A DNA stretch of 64,000 bases from Mobula hypostoma (GCF_963921235.1 NC_086108.1:25482001-25546000), one strand, 5' to 3'. Positions 39,894-52,083 are shown, numbered from the stretch's first letter. Notes: generated by a model from the sequence alone, not told the origin. Numbers and translations: made by a program.

Positions 39894-40981
39894 CATTTAA
39901 AAGAGCAGTTAAAATAGCTGTATCAATGGAAACAGAAGACAGAGACACAATTCTGTTGCAATCGGGAATGAAAGTGAGCATGAATAAAATTGCAACATCT
40001 GAACAGAAACCTGCTTGGCAGAACAAATTCTGTTATTGTAGTACCAGGGGCTCACATACATCAGACCAATGCAGATTTAAAGGCGAAACTTGCAGAAAAT
40101 GCAACAAATTAGGACACATGCAAAGTGAATGTGGGGCAGAAAAAAATAAATGGACTGCATTGGGAAGAGAAAAAGATAAAAAGTTAAATTGCACTTTCAA
40201 AAAGAGTAGTGGTTTGCTTGCTGTTGATGAAAAACCTTACAGTGATGAGAGTGACACAGGACTGAGTAGCCTTAGATTTACAATGTGAAAACTAACAATA
40301 GACAAGCCATATAGCTTAAACCAGAAGTGAACAGCAAATTAATTAAAATGAAATTGGACATCGGCTCAGCTGTTTCAGTCATTCCACAAAATTAGTTTCA
40401 ACAACATTTCAAATATGCTGAACTGAAGCCTGCAACTATCAAACTAAAGTATATGTACTGGAGAAAAGGTAACTTCTGTAGGAATGACATTCATAACAGT
40501 GAAGTCACATTGATATTATATTTGATAAAAAAACAGGAGGACCAGCATTGTGGAGACATGATTAGATGAGACAACTACAACTTGATTAGAGATCCATCCA
40601 CAACTTGCATGCCACACCCTGTGCAATAGAGTCTGCTGAAAGTGAATTAAGAAAGGCACTGGATGATGCCACAGCAGTGTTCAAGAATGGCACTGGAAAT
40701 CTCAGACATATGAAAGGTAAAATAGTGTTAATGGAAATTCTACGCCCAAGTTATGGAAAGCCCTTCTGCTTTCTTATACAATCTGTGATGAAGTTGCCAG
40801 TGGGCTAGATCAAATGGAATGTGAAGGAATTCGTTCCAAGTTTGAGTGAACCCAATGGTCAATGCCAGTTGTCCCAGTAGCCAAGAAGAATGGGTCTATC
40901 AGCATCTGTGATGACTTAAGGTTATGTCAACCCATACAGAAAGTAGATCAATACCCTCTGCCCAGGATAGAGAGTATCTTT

Positions 40982-41822
40982 TGTTACGAGAATACACATA
41001 AAATTAAGATGTTTGCTGGCCTGGGCTAGCATCAGTGGCATCAGCAGTTGGTCTGCCACCTGCCCTCAGGGGAAGGAGAGATAAGGAACAATGGAGCAGC
41101 GTCTGGAGATGTGTAATGAAGGGATGTGGGAGGAAGAGCTGTCTGGAGCGGCTCCCCCCTTTGAACCCTGAACTGTTTGAAGTGATGGACAGGCGATACC
41201 CCAGCAGGGGGATAAAAAGGGACAGGTTCGCTAAGACAGACACACACGCCACCCGAGGTAACGAGACCCTGGAAGCGGTGCGCTTCTCACGAGTGGTGAG
41301 AAGAACCGGACAACGCACAGGGTGGAAAGGTACGATCAGCGGGAACCCGGTGTGTGTCCGCCCTTGCCTGGGTGCCGGGTTCACTGCAGAGGATCGACCG
41401 CATCTGGAGGAGGGGTCACAGTCGGTGACCTCAGGTGACATCACCAAGGACCCGCCCAAATGCTGTTTGTGAGCCATCTCGCTGGTCTGTGAGTGAAGCT
41501 GTGCTGAATGATGAGTTGTTCCTATTCTATGTCTCTCTTCCCCACCTTGTCCATCGCCATGGCAACGATTACTGCGAACTGAACTTTGAGTCATTTTGAA
41601 TTTGGTCATTTAACCCCTAGACAACGATAGAGCTTGATTGATGCTGTTATCTTAATGCTGTGCACATGTGTGTTTATCATCACTGAACTGTTGCATTTAT
41701 TACCCTTTCGATTACTATGTTGCTTGTTTCTTTAATAAAACTTTCTTAGTTCTAGTACTCCAGACTCCAACTGAGTGATCCATTTCTGCTGGTTTGGCAA
41801 CCCAGTTACGGGGTACGTAACA
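40982..41822 (+). repeat. 5' LTR (841 bp)
   Basis: Direct repeat of 44913-45752, with GATAAAA near 41211 and AATAAA near 41734. Confidence 0.97.
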
Positions 41823-41826
41823 TAAG

Positions 41827-41844
41827 TGGGGGCTCGTCCGGGAT
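41827..41844 (+). promoter_or_regulatory. Primer-binding site complementary to tRNA-Pro
   Basis: TGGGGGCTCGTCCGGGAT, the same 18-mer as the MLV PBS-Pro, located 4 nt after the LTR. Confidence 0.92.
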
Positions 41845-41920
41845 TTTGAACGCTAAATTTGGGACGGAGTAAATTGATTGGGTTAAAATTCCCGAAAGAA
41901 AGAAAAGACAAACAGCAGAA

Positions 41921-44740
41921 ATGGAGGTTGAGGAATTTATAAAGGCGCCGACCTTGGAGGCATTAGAGGATGCCAGGAAATCGGAATTGATAGCTGTGGC
42001 AAAACGGGTGAATCTTGCTAAGGTGAAGTCGACAATGAGGAGAGAGGAGATACACAGAGCTATTGTAGAGCACTATGTATCTAAAGGTGTGTTTCCCCAA
42101 GGTGAGCTGGGGGAGGTGTCTATTGAAAAACCTGCTGGAGACGCGGTACAGGTACAGCTTGAAAAACTGAGACTCGAGCACGAGTTCCGGGTACGGCAGT
42201 TAGAAAGGCAGGAGAAAGAGAGAGAGTTAGAAAGGCAAGAGAGAGAAAGACAGTTGGAGAGAGAAGAGAGAGAGAGGGACAGACAGTTGGAGAGAGAGGA
42301 GAAACAGAGGGAAAGGGAATTTGAGCTGGAGAAGTTAAAGATAAGGGCCGAGCAGGGGCTCGTGCCGAACCAAGGTGGAGGGTTCCGGGCGACCCAGGAG
42401 GTTAGGCTGGTTCCCCCATTTGACGATACCGATGTGGATCGGTACTTTCTCCACTTCGAAAAAGTAGCTATAAGTCAGGAATGGCCGAGGGATAAGTGGG
42501 TTGTCTTACTTCAGAGTGTACTGAAAGGGAAAGCCCAACAAGCTTACTCCGCTTTATCCCCGGAAGATGCCCAGAAGTATGAGGTGGTGAAGGAGGCCAT
42601 CCTCAGGACTTATGAGTTGGTCCCGGAGGCATACCGGCAGAGGTTCCGGAATGCGAGGAAGCGGTGGGACCGCACGTATTTGGAGTTTGCTCGCGAGATG
42701 CAAACATATTGTGAGCGTTGGTGCGCCTCGAAAGGGGTAGAGGGGGATTATGACAGACTGCTGCAGCTGATTCTGATTGAGCAGTTTAAAGGTTGTGTCC
42801 CTGAGGGTATGAGACCCTACCTCGATGAGAAAGAGGCAGCCACGTTAGCCGCAACTGCTAAGTTAGCGGATGAGTATGCGTTGACGCATAAAATGAAGTT
42901 TGCCCCGAGTAAAGGCTACCAGAAGGGTAGTCAGGACGGCGGGGAGAGTCCACCGGAAAAGTCAGAAAGTAAGCCGGGGACTAGTGAAAAGGATAAGGTA
43001 GACCGGGAGCAGTCTGGTAGGAAGTCTCCTGGAGTCGTCTGTTATAATTGTGGGAAAGTCGGACACTTTGCGTCCAGGTGCTTTGCCCCAAGGAAGGAGA
43101 CGGGGAAAGGAAAAGCGGAAATTTTGAATGGCTGTATTGAGCTGTTAAGCGAACCGCTAGGGAAGGACAGGTCTGAAAAAGTCCAGGAAGGGCGCGAGAG
43201 GTTTATCTCGGCCGGACTGGTGTCAGTGAAGGAGAGGTTAAAACCAGTTCCAGTGCGGATCTGGAGAGACACGGGAGCGTGTCAGTCACTAATACTGAAG
43301 AGTGTATTAGAGTTTAGCTCAGAGACCCAGACTGGGGAGGTAGAGGTCAAAGGTGTTGGGGAAGGGACAGAGTCAGTCCCTTTGCACCAGATACATTTAC
43401 AGAGCAACCTGGTCTCTGGACTAGTCACGATCGGGGTGAGGTCCGAATTACCGATGAAAGACGTGGAAGTCTTGCTCGGTAATGACATCGCCGGAGGAAT
43501 CGTGTTCCCAGTCGTGAGATTGACGGGTCAGCCTGCCAGCATGGAGGCCCCGCCCGCGATGGTGAATTTGGCTGAAACATTTCTGCCAACCTTGTATGAG
43601 ACAGGGTGTAGTGAGATAAGTGGTAGTGAGGGAGCTGGGACGGACGTAGCAGTAGCCAGGAAAGAATTTGTGCAGACGCAGGAGCGAGACGAGGGGCTGA
43701 TGGTTTTGGCAGAGACCGCTCTCTCTGACACAGCCTTGACAAGCTATTGTGCGGATGAGGAAGTGCTAAGGAAGAAAGGGAAATCAAGTACAGCATCCGC
43801 AGATGAGGAGTGGGGGGTGGTGCAAAAGAGTTATGGGGATGAGGTTTTTAACATGGCCCACGAGGTACCCCCCGGTGGACATTTTGCGGTGCTGGAGGAA
43901 ACAGTTGGTGGAACCATGAAAGAGAGTTACCGGCTGCCCAGGGGGAAAAATGTTATTGATCATGACCGACGCGAACTGAGACGGTCACCGGCTTTTGATA
44001 TGCTAACAAACCTAGTCGGTGTTAGCGTGGAAATCAATGAAGCTAGGGGCCCCTTGCTAAGAGGAAAAAACCATTTTGAAAAGATTAGGATGGGATCGGT
44101 CAGATGGGAGAAGGCTATTGTTTTGGCCAGGTCTACTGATAAGGTCTCTCCCTTAATCCCCGAAGGAGTAATTAAACGACTCGCACCCATGTGTTTGATT
44201 GTCCCGAGGAAATGCAAAGAACTGGGACGTTGGGTGATTGTGGTTACAATAGGGCGGCCAAGCAAACAACACCCATATTTTTTGAGTAATTCAGTGACTA
44301 AAGGGCTGATGAACACAGAGGTGTGTATTGGCAATTTAACACGGCTGTCTGAAGCCAGCTTGATAGTGAACCTTAGAGAAAATGAATTCGGCCACGCGAA
44401 TGTCACTTACCTGGGAATTGTGGTGACACAGGGGCAGCTGGCAGTGATGCAAGCTACAGTGCAGGCTATCGCTGACCTCCCAACCCCGACAGACAAGAGG
44501 GCCCTCAGAAGGCTTTTGGAGATGGTGGGGTACTGCAGGAAGTTTTGCAATAACTCTGCGGTCAATACCCGTCCCCCTCCTACTAAGCCCTTGCGAGGGA
44601 AAATTGAGTCGGAATGGGACGACCCTTGTTGTTGTGGTCCGGGACAAAACCAAATGAGAGGTTACATTGGTCGCAATTCATCAGTGTTTTTGGCCACTAT
44701 GAAGTTTGCTGAGTTGGAGCCTGGTCTAAGGAGTTATTAA
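41921..44740 (+). CDS. Gag-protease polyprotein with vestigial IN-RT-RNase H remnants (939 aa)
   Basis: E/R coiled coil, capsid with a SCAN-like CTD (YRQRFR...LILIEQF), CCHC knuckle CYNCGKVGHFASRC, protease RDTGA...LLGND, then AHEVPPGGH (IN), KQHPY, and an RT thumb YLG...GYCRKF. Confidence 0.92.
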   Translation: MEVEEFIKAPTLEALEDARKSELIAVAKRVNLAKVKSTMRREEIHRAIVEHYVSKGVFPQGELGEVSIEKPAGDAVQVQLEKLRLEHEFRVRQLERQEKERELERQERERQLEREERERDRQLEREEKQREREFELEKLKIRAEQGLVPNQGGGFRATQEVRLVPPFDDTDVDRYFLHFEKVAISQEWPRDKWVVLLQSVLKGKAQQAYSALSPEDAQKYEVVKEAILRTYELVPEAYRQRFRNARKRWDRTYLEFAREMQTYCERWCASKGVEGDYDRLLQLILIEQFKGCVPEGMRPYLDEKEAATLAATAKLADEYALTHKMKFAPSKGYQKGSQDGGESPPEKSESKPGTSEKDKVDREQSGRKSPGVVCYNCGKVGHFASRCFAPRKETGKGKAEILNGCIELLSEPLGKDRSEKVQEGRERFISAGLVSVKERLKPVPVRIWRDTGACQSLILKSVLEFSSETQTGEVEVKGVGEGTESVPLHQIHLQSNLVSGLVTIGVRSELPMKDVEVLLGNDIAGGIVFPVVRLTGQPASMEAPPAMVNLAETFLPTLYETGCSEISGSEGAGTDVAVARKEFVQTQERDEGLMVLAETALSDTALTSYCADEEVLRKKGKSSTASADEEWGVVQKSYGDEVFNMAHEVPPGGHFAVLEETVGGTMKESYRLPRGKNVIDHDRRELRRSPAFDMLTNLVGVSVEINEARGPLLRGKNHFEKIRMGSVRWEKAIVLARSTDKVSPLIPEGVIKRLAPMCLIVPRKCKELGRWVIVVTIGRPSKQHPYFLSNSVTKGLMNTEVCIGNLTRLSEASLIVNLRENEFGHANVTYLGIVVTQGQLAVMQATVQAIADLPTPTDKRALRRLLEMVGYCRKFCNNSAVNTRPPPTKPLRGKIESEWDDPCCCGPGQNQMRGYIGRNSSVFLATMKFAELEPGLRSY

Positions 44741-44900
44741 TAACACGTGTAAAAGGAACAGAAAATGTGATGACTGTCTGTCAAGGTGTTGACAGCTTCA
44801 AATTCTCTGTATTAGCTAAATAACTGTTAAAGATGTATATTGTGTATGTATCAGACAATGTAGTCATGTTTGTAATTTTTACCTCCCGGTAAAAATCCTT

Positions 44901-44912
44901 AAAGGGGGGAAG
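44901..44912 (+). promoter_or_regulatory. Polypurine tract
   Basis: AAAGGGGGGAAG directly abuts the 3' LTR. Confidence 0.9.
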
Positions 44913-45752
44913 TGTTACGAGAATACACATAAAATTAAGATGTTTGCTGGCCTGGGCTAGCATCAGTGGCATCAGCAGTTGGTCTGCCACCTGCCCTCAG
45001 GGGAAGGAGAGATAAGAACAATGGAGCAGCGTCTGGAGATGTGTAATGAAGGGATGTGGGAGGAAGAGCTGTCTGGAGCGGCTCCCCCCTTTGAACCCTG
45101 AACTGTTTGAAGTGATGGACAGGCGATACCCCAGCAGGGGGATAAAAAGGGACAGGTTCGCTAAGACAGACACACACGCCACCCGAGGTAACGAGACCCT
45201 GGAAGCGGTGCGCTTCTCACGAGTGGTGAGAAGAACCGGACAACGCACAGGGTGGAAAGGTACGATCAGCGGGAACCCGGTGTGTGTCCGCCCTTGCCTG
45301 GGTGCCGGGTTCACTGCAGAGGATCGACCGCATCTGGAGGAGGGGTCACAGTCGGTGACCTCAGGTGACATCACCAAGGACCCGCCCAAATGCTGTTTGT
45401 GAGCCATCTCGCTGGTCTGTGAGTGAAGCTGTGCTGAATGATGAGTTGTTCCTATTCTATGTCTCTCTTCCCCACCTTGTCCATCGCCATGGCAACGATT
45501 ACTGCGAACTGAACTTTGAGTCATTTTGAATTTGGTCATTTAACCCCTAGACAACGATAGAGCTTGATTGATGCTGTTATCTTAATGCTGTGCACATGTG
45601 TGTTTATCATCACTGAACTGTTGCATTTATTACCCTTTCGATTACTATGTTGCTTGTTTCTTTAATAAAACTTTCTTAGTTCTAGTACTCCAGACTCCAA
45701 CTGAGTGATCCATTTCTGCTGGTTTGGCAACCCAGTTACGGGGTACGTAACA
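44913..45752 (+). repeat. 3' LTR (840 bp)
   Basis: Same as the 5' LTR by eye, except for one G (ataaggaaca vs ataagaaca). Confidence 0.97.
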
Positions 45753-47858
45753 CTTTGCAAAACTTTCTGGAGGAAAACATTTCAGCAAAGTGGATTTAGC
45801 AGAGGCCTACCTATGGGTGGAGATGGAAGAACAGTCCAAAGTGTTTCTCGCCATAAACACTCACAAAGGGCTTTATTGCCATAATAGGCTTGTTTTTGGA
45901 GTAGCATCTGCACCTACACTCTGGCAGAAAGTTAGGGACCAGGTGCTGCAAGGCCTCCCAGGCACTCAGTGTTAACTGGATGACATCATTATCACCGGTA
46001 AGGGTGAGAAGGAACATCTCCAAAATCATAAGACGGTGTTAAAATGATTAGAAGATTATAGGCTGAGAGAAAGATGCAAAAAGTGTGAATTATTTAAAAC
46101 AAACATCACTTACCATTGATGCACAACAATTATACAAGTGTGCTGAGAAAATTCAAACAGTGATGGATGCCCTAAGGCTAAAGGATGTGTCACAGTTGCC
46201 GTCCTTTTTAGGATCTGCCAATTGCTATAACTAGTTCCTATCAAACCTGGCTATTGTGCTCCATCCTTTGAACACAGGAAGAAATGGCAATGGACAAAGC
46301 AGTGTGAGGTAGCTTTCCAAAAGGCAAAAGTAATGGTGACGTCAAACACTGTACTTACAAATTATGATCCATATCATCCAGTGAAGCTAGCTTGTGATGC
46401 CTCACCTTATGGTATAGGTGCAGTTATATTATGAGTGATGGAAGCAAAAGCCCCCTTACCTTTGTATCACATTCTCTTACAGCTGCAGAGAAAAGGTATG
46501 TATAGATTGACAGAGAGGCCTTGAGTCTGATTTGGGGTGTAAAATGTTTCAAACGATATTTCCATGGGAGTGAGTTTACCCTCATTACTAATCATCAACC
46601 ACTCGTGTCTATCTTCAGTCTCTAGATGGGTGTTCCACTACCAGCTGAAGCATGAAAGCAGAAATAGGTTCTATTTTTTACAGGACACAATTACAAGATC
46701 AAATTCAAGAAGATGACTAATCATGGAAATGCTGATGGAGTGTCCCATTTACCCTTGCAAAAGGAAATACCCAAAAAATTCACAGAAGTGGACACTCCTC
46801 TTGACGTATTCTCCCTAATACAAATTGAATGTCTCCCAATTACGGTAGAGATGATCTAAAGGGAAACCAGGAAAAGATCCCACACTGTCTCTGGTCTGCA
46901 TGGAAAACCAAAATGGCTGGAGTGTGCAGCAGGAATTCCAGTTCCCTCATTTCTACAAGTGCCAGGATGATTTTGCCTTTGGCGGGGGTTGACTTATGTG
47001 GAGATTGGGGGTCATTGTACCATTCAAGCTGAGAGCTAAGGTGTTGGAGGAACTACATGCCAGTCATCTAGGCATAGTCAAAATGAAAACTTTGGCTCTA
47101 TCCTTTATCTAGTGGCCTGGGATAGATCAGTATCAGTATCAGATTGAAAAGCTTGCCATGCACTGATTGAGATAGCAACATGTCCAGAAGATGCCAAGAG
47201 ACGTGCCTCTCCATCCCTGGCAATGGACTGCATTGCCCTGACAGAGGATTCATGTGGGTTTTGCCTGACCACTCCTGGGCATAAATTTCTTGGTGGTAGT
47301 GGATGCATCTACAAAGTGGCCAGAAGTGTTCCCAGTAGTCTCTACTATAGCCTTGCACACTGTTGATACATTGAGATCAGTTAGTCAGTGACAGTGGACC
47401 ACAGTTTGTTGTGGAACAGTTTCAGGCATTCCTGAAAGTGAATGGAATAAGAAATATTACATCTGTTCTGTACTATTCAGCTACAAATGCCTTGGTGGCA
47501 AGGTTGGTGCAGAGTCTAAAGAAAGCCACACGAACAATGTCAGCAGAACACAATACACTGACACTGAATCAGAAGCTCACCAATTTCTTCCTTGTATATC
47601 ACAGTGCAGTACACACCACAACCAACAGCTCACCAGCTATTCTGTTCCAGTTGTCCCCTGCATTTACGCTTGGATCTCCTCAAACTAAACCTCAGAAGGA
47701 TTATGCAGGAAAACAGCTGAGACAAATTAAGGGCTCCTCAAACAAAGAAGTTCAATATTTCACACCTGGACAAGCAGTCCTGGTGAGGGACTACAGAGGT
47801 GGTCAAAAGTGGGTACTCAGGAAGATTAAGGACAGAACTGGACCACTCTCCTACACAT

Positions 47859-47879
47859 TATATATATAATGCGCGCGTG

Positions 47880-47927
<48 letters not shown>
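47859..47927. repeat. Compound microsatellite (TA)n(GC)n(CA)n
   Basis: Directly visible in the sequence. Confidence 0.95.
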
Positions 47928-49019
47928 AGATGCATCCTTATATTAAGTTGGAGTTTATAGCTAAGCAAGGAGCAGTGTTGTGTATTTAATATTTTAGTAA
48001 TATTTGAGTGATATTGTAAATATGTTTAATTAAGCAACCTTTGCTTGTTTAAATCATTCATTATATGTTAAAATAAGTGATTTGCATATGTCATGATACT
48101 ACCACATCATTAGATAAATACAAATGAACGTGTTGCCTTCAATTAATTTTATGTTTTGGAATTACAGCACATAACCAGAATCTGAGTAGGAACTTCTTTC
48201 AGAGGGTGTTAGAAGTGCAGAACAAGCTGACTGTGGATGTGGTGAGTGTGGGTTTGATTGCAACAGAAGTTTGGACAGATACATTCATAGGGTAGGGGTG
48301 CAGATGGAGGTCTATATTCCAGGTGCCGGTCGATGCGATGAGGAAGAATAACAGTTCTGCATAGACTAGATTGGCCAAATGACCCATTTCTTTACTGCGG
48401 TAGTCTATCACTCCATAATTGACCAAAGGTGTCAAATTGGAGGGAAAAGTTACTTGGAGCTTTGTAGTGCACATACCACATGATGAACTTGGATCCCATT
48501 CATTTAGATTCATATCTCTTTACCAACTGTAGAAAGTCCATGCCTATTCCCAGAAAAACCTAGATACAATTCATTTATTGGCTGATGACTGGCAAGAAAG
48601 ATGTGTTCTTCAGAAGTACCAGGAAATGACTGAGATTCAGCCACCTATCTTTGACTTTCAAGCTGCCAGCAACTTGTACTCAGCTGCTATCTGGGTGAAT
48701 GTTCTCCCTGCGACTAGATTCATGTCCCCCAGCTGTTTTTACATATATATTCAGCGATAACCCTTCTGGCCCTTTCAGCCATGCTGCCCCAGCGATCCCC
48801 TGTTTCCAGAGGTATATAAATTGGCTATTGTAAATTGCCTCGTGTAGGTGAGTGTCAGGATAATCAGGGTATGATTGGCATGTAAAATAGAATGGGTTGC
48901 AGGGAGAAAAGTTGACTATGGTTCTGATAGATATGTTGTGAGAGCTATCATGGTGTCAGTGGGCTGAATAACCTCCCTCTACGTAAAGAAACTGCAAAAA
49001 ATTGCATTACCAGTACCAG

Positions 49020-49570
49020 AACTTAATCATCGATGTCCTGGAATCACCATTGATTAGAAAGTTACCTCCTCACTTTGAAAACCTTTCATGAATATACAAG
49101 GCACAGGTCAGGAGAGTAATGGAACCCCCTCCATTTGTTCGGCTGTATGCATTACCAATAGCTCTCAAGAAACTTTACACCTTCCAGAGCAAAGCAGCCT
49201 GCTTGACTGCACACCAACAGCTACTTTAAACGTTTATTCTCTTCACCGCTGATACACAGTGGCCGCATTATGTTCCATTGACTACTGTCCCAGTTATTCC
49301 CACAGACTACTGCAATCACATCTCCCAGAAATGCAACCTCTATTACTGAGGCCAAAAGCAGCAATTGCTTGAGAACACCATTAACTGTCAGTGCTCCTAC
49401 AAGTCACATGCCATCCTGATCCAGAAATATATTGCCAGTCATTCTGGAATTCCCTGACCAATATCACTGTGGGAGTACCATCACCAAAGCATCAAGAAGG
49501 TGGCTAAACACCACTTTCTCAAGAGCGATATGGATGGGCAATAAATCCTGACATGTCTGTAATGCCCAAA
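49020..49570 (+). mobile_element. Old CR1/L2-group LINE 3' fragment
   Basis: IYKAQVRRVME...LKKLYTFQSKAACL resembles a LINE ORF2 C-terminus. Confidence 0.5.
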
Positions 49571-49996
49571 TTTTAAAAAAAACGTAAAAGAATTCCAAGT
49601 AAAAATACGTCATTTTTGATACGTTTTTCATCAGCTTAGGTGCAAACTTGTCTGACTTTGACGAACATTCAGTTAAACAAATCAATGACCAGTAACAAGA
49701 AGCCCTCTGCCCTTTTTAACATAAAATTACTCTCTATCATTGTTCTTCCTGAGATGTGGCTTTATTGTCAATCACGCTTGATCCATGCTGTCAACGCAGC
49801 ATATTGCCATTTATTCCACAGTAACCTCCTGCCTTTCTGCCACTCTGCAGCCTGGAATTTCATCCCTAGTCAATAGTGGTTCTGAACTCATTGTGTGGTA
49901 GCAACTACATGTTGCACTTTGCCTTTGAAATTCAATCAGTTGACCTGAATGAAATGAATTTTGGAAGCAAAGTACAATGCCCCTGATACTAATATG

Positions 49997-50370
49997 GTAC
50001 TGTCCAAAAATCTTCAGACACGTATAAAAAAAAATTCTGTAAAGCAAAGATGCTTCCAAAAACAATGAAATGAAAAGTTTCTAAATATCAAAAAACTACT
50101 ATAAAGAGCAGTAACCAGTAAAATAACTAAATCAAATCAATATTTGGTGTGACCGTCCTTTGCCTATACACTATCGTGCAGTTTTATAAGAAAATCGGCT
50201 GGTAGGTTGTTCCAAGCATCTTGAAGAACTTGCCACAGTTCTTCTGCAGATCTTCACTGTCTTAGTGGCTTCTGTCTCTCCAGGTAATCCCAGACAGCCT
50301 CGATGATGTTGAGATCAGGGCTCTGAAACTATATAAAAGATCTCAGGTACCTAAGACTTCTGGTACTGTA
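49997..50370 (-). mobile_element. Tc1-like transposon deletion derivative
   Basis: The minus strand reads QSPDLNIIEAVWDYLE...EELWQVLQDAWNNLP...GHTKY*. Degenerate TIRs resemble TACTGTGCAAAAGTCTTAGG. Confidence 0.78.
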
Positions 50371-52083
50371 TACATCACATTCAGCTCTACTGGGGAGAGA
50401 TGAATCTCTCAGCATTTATACACTAATATTTGAAATTCTTTAAGCTCCACATTTCTTGAATCCAATTTATCTACCTACATTTGCATACCCTAATTCTGAA
50501 ACCTGTTCATTCCACAAAATACCATCTGAGGAGAAACCGCATTGTTTTTGAGAGTACAATTAAAACTAGTTGTATTTATATGACCTTGTTTTCAAAGTAG
50601 ATGAAACACTAAGGTAAGAAAAATTCTTACAACTAGCAGCAAGCGTTACAAGAAGTGTTTCTATTGCAATATAAACTGCATGCAATAATACAACTTATCA
50701 GCGAAACTTGTCGGCTCCTAACCTTGTACCTATGCTTTAATCTGATTTACACTGGAGCATTGCTTGACCCTGCAGCCATGTGCAACACCATTATAGGAAG
50801 GGTTGTTTCTTAATGGAACTGTGTAACTGTGACCTTTAAGAGCACACCATTCATCAACATACTGACAACAAGCACAGTAAGTTCATCAATCTGCAATCAA
50901 CCTTCATCAGCAGACAGTGATATTATGTGTGAGAATGAAAGCCAGAAGAGAGAAAATTTAAAACGGGAAAGGTGTATTGCACAGTTAAGAATTCAATTAT
51001 TCAATTTTGAATAAAGGAGAATGTTTTAAGATGCAAAGACATCTGGAAAATGTTAAGCATGAATGTAATTTCTTCTTCCAGCAACAAATTGCGGCTTTAT
51101 AAAATTCTGGTTAGACCACATCTGGAACTTTGCAATAAATTTGGGTCACCCCATTGTAGAAAGGGTGTAGAGTCTATGGAGTGGGTGCAGAAGAGTTTTA
51201 CCAGGATGCTGCCTGGATTAGCGGGCATTTGCTGTAAGGAGAGCTGTTAGTAGGGCTGCTTTCTCTGCAGTGGCAGAGGCTGACGGGAGATCTGGTAGAA
51301 GTTCCTAAAGATATGAGGGACCGAGATAGAGTAAAGTTGTTGAAGAGGCTCTTAACTAGATACAAGAATATACAGAGAATGGAGGTATATGGACCACATG
51401 CAGTCAGAAGGATTGAGGAGTCATCAGCTTAATTAGTTCAGCACAGCATTGTGGGCCAAAGAGTCTGTTTTATTCTGTACAATTCTATGCTCTCAATTCA
51501 AACAAAATTCCCAAAACTAAAGGAACAATTTTGTGCTTCAGCAGTATCAATAGATATTAATTATTTCTGTGGCAATAAATTAAATGACAAACCAGCATCA
51601 ATTTCTCATTTTTTTCCCAATCTTGTTTGCTGAAAGAAAGAGTTGTGGCAGGGAGAGATGGTTAATAGAGAGGACAAACTTACTGTTAGGAGCATTAATT
51701 CATATGGAGTGGAAACAAGTCCTTTGGTGCATTGTGTTCATGCAGGCCATCAAGTACCTATCTATACTAATCACATTCTCCGGTACTCAGTCCATGCCTT
51801 CCAGGGCTGCTGTTCAAGTCATCATCGAAATATTTGGAACTGTTGTGAGAGCCTCTGATTCAACTAAGCTCCGCACAGTGCATTCCAGATATCAGCCACC
51901 TACTTGGTAAAAAAAAATCCTTCAAGTCCCCATAAGACTTCTACTCTTACCTAATCCTCTGTCCTCTGAAAATAGACAACTCTGCTCTGTGGATGAGCTT
52001 GTCATACAATATACCCCTCATAATAATGCACACCTTGGTCTCGTCCACCACTCCCAAGAGTTCTGCACTCTACATAAAACTAA

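Larger units (their letters stand above)
40982..45752 (+). mobile_element. Very young non-autonomous Gmr1-like Gypsy LTR retrotransposon
   Basis: Two LTRs bounded by TGTTACG...CGTAACA, a 4-bp TSD CTTT (40978-40981, 45753-45756), a PBS, a PPT and one long ORF. It splits the RT of the older Gypsy. Confidence 0.96.
38740..48175 (+). mobile_element. Old degenerate Ty3/Gypsy element hosting two insertions
   Basis: 5' LTR remnant, gag, double zinc knuckle (C...H...C...CRKCNKLGHMQSEC), protease remnant, RT (DLAEAY...FGVASAP), RNase H (ACDAS), integrase, a PPT-like tract, and a 3' LTR at 47976-48175. Confidence 0.88.

Noticed and set aside
41004..41609. LTR-encoded ORFs (201 aa antisense, 145 aa sense) as accessory or env genes
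   Set aside because: They have no recognisable motifs, and the single indel between the LTRs changes them.
41827..41852. tRNA-Pro gene
   Set aside because: Only the complement of the tRNA 3' end is present, which makes it a PBS.
42190..42335. GA-rich repeats as a repeat array or CRISPR
   Set aside because: They encode the E/R-rich coiled coil of Gag and have no repeat-spacer structure.
41921..44740. Domesticated SCAN/Gag host gene
   Set aside because: It is flanked by near-identical LTRs, a PBS, a PPT and a TSD, so it is a recently mobile element.
50601..50613. 13-nt micro-exon candidate (ag|ATGAAACACTAAG|gtaaga)
   Set aside because: The donor is good but the acceptor is weak and purine-interrupted, so it cannot be distinguished from chance.
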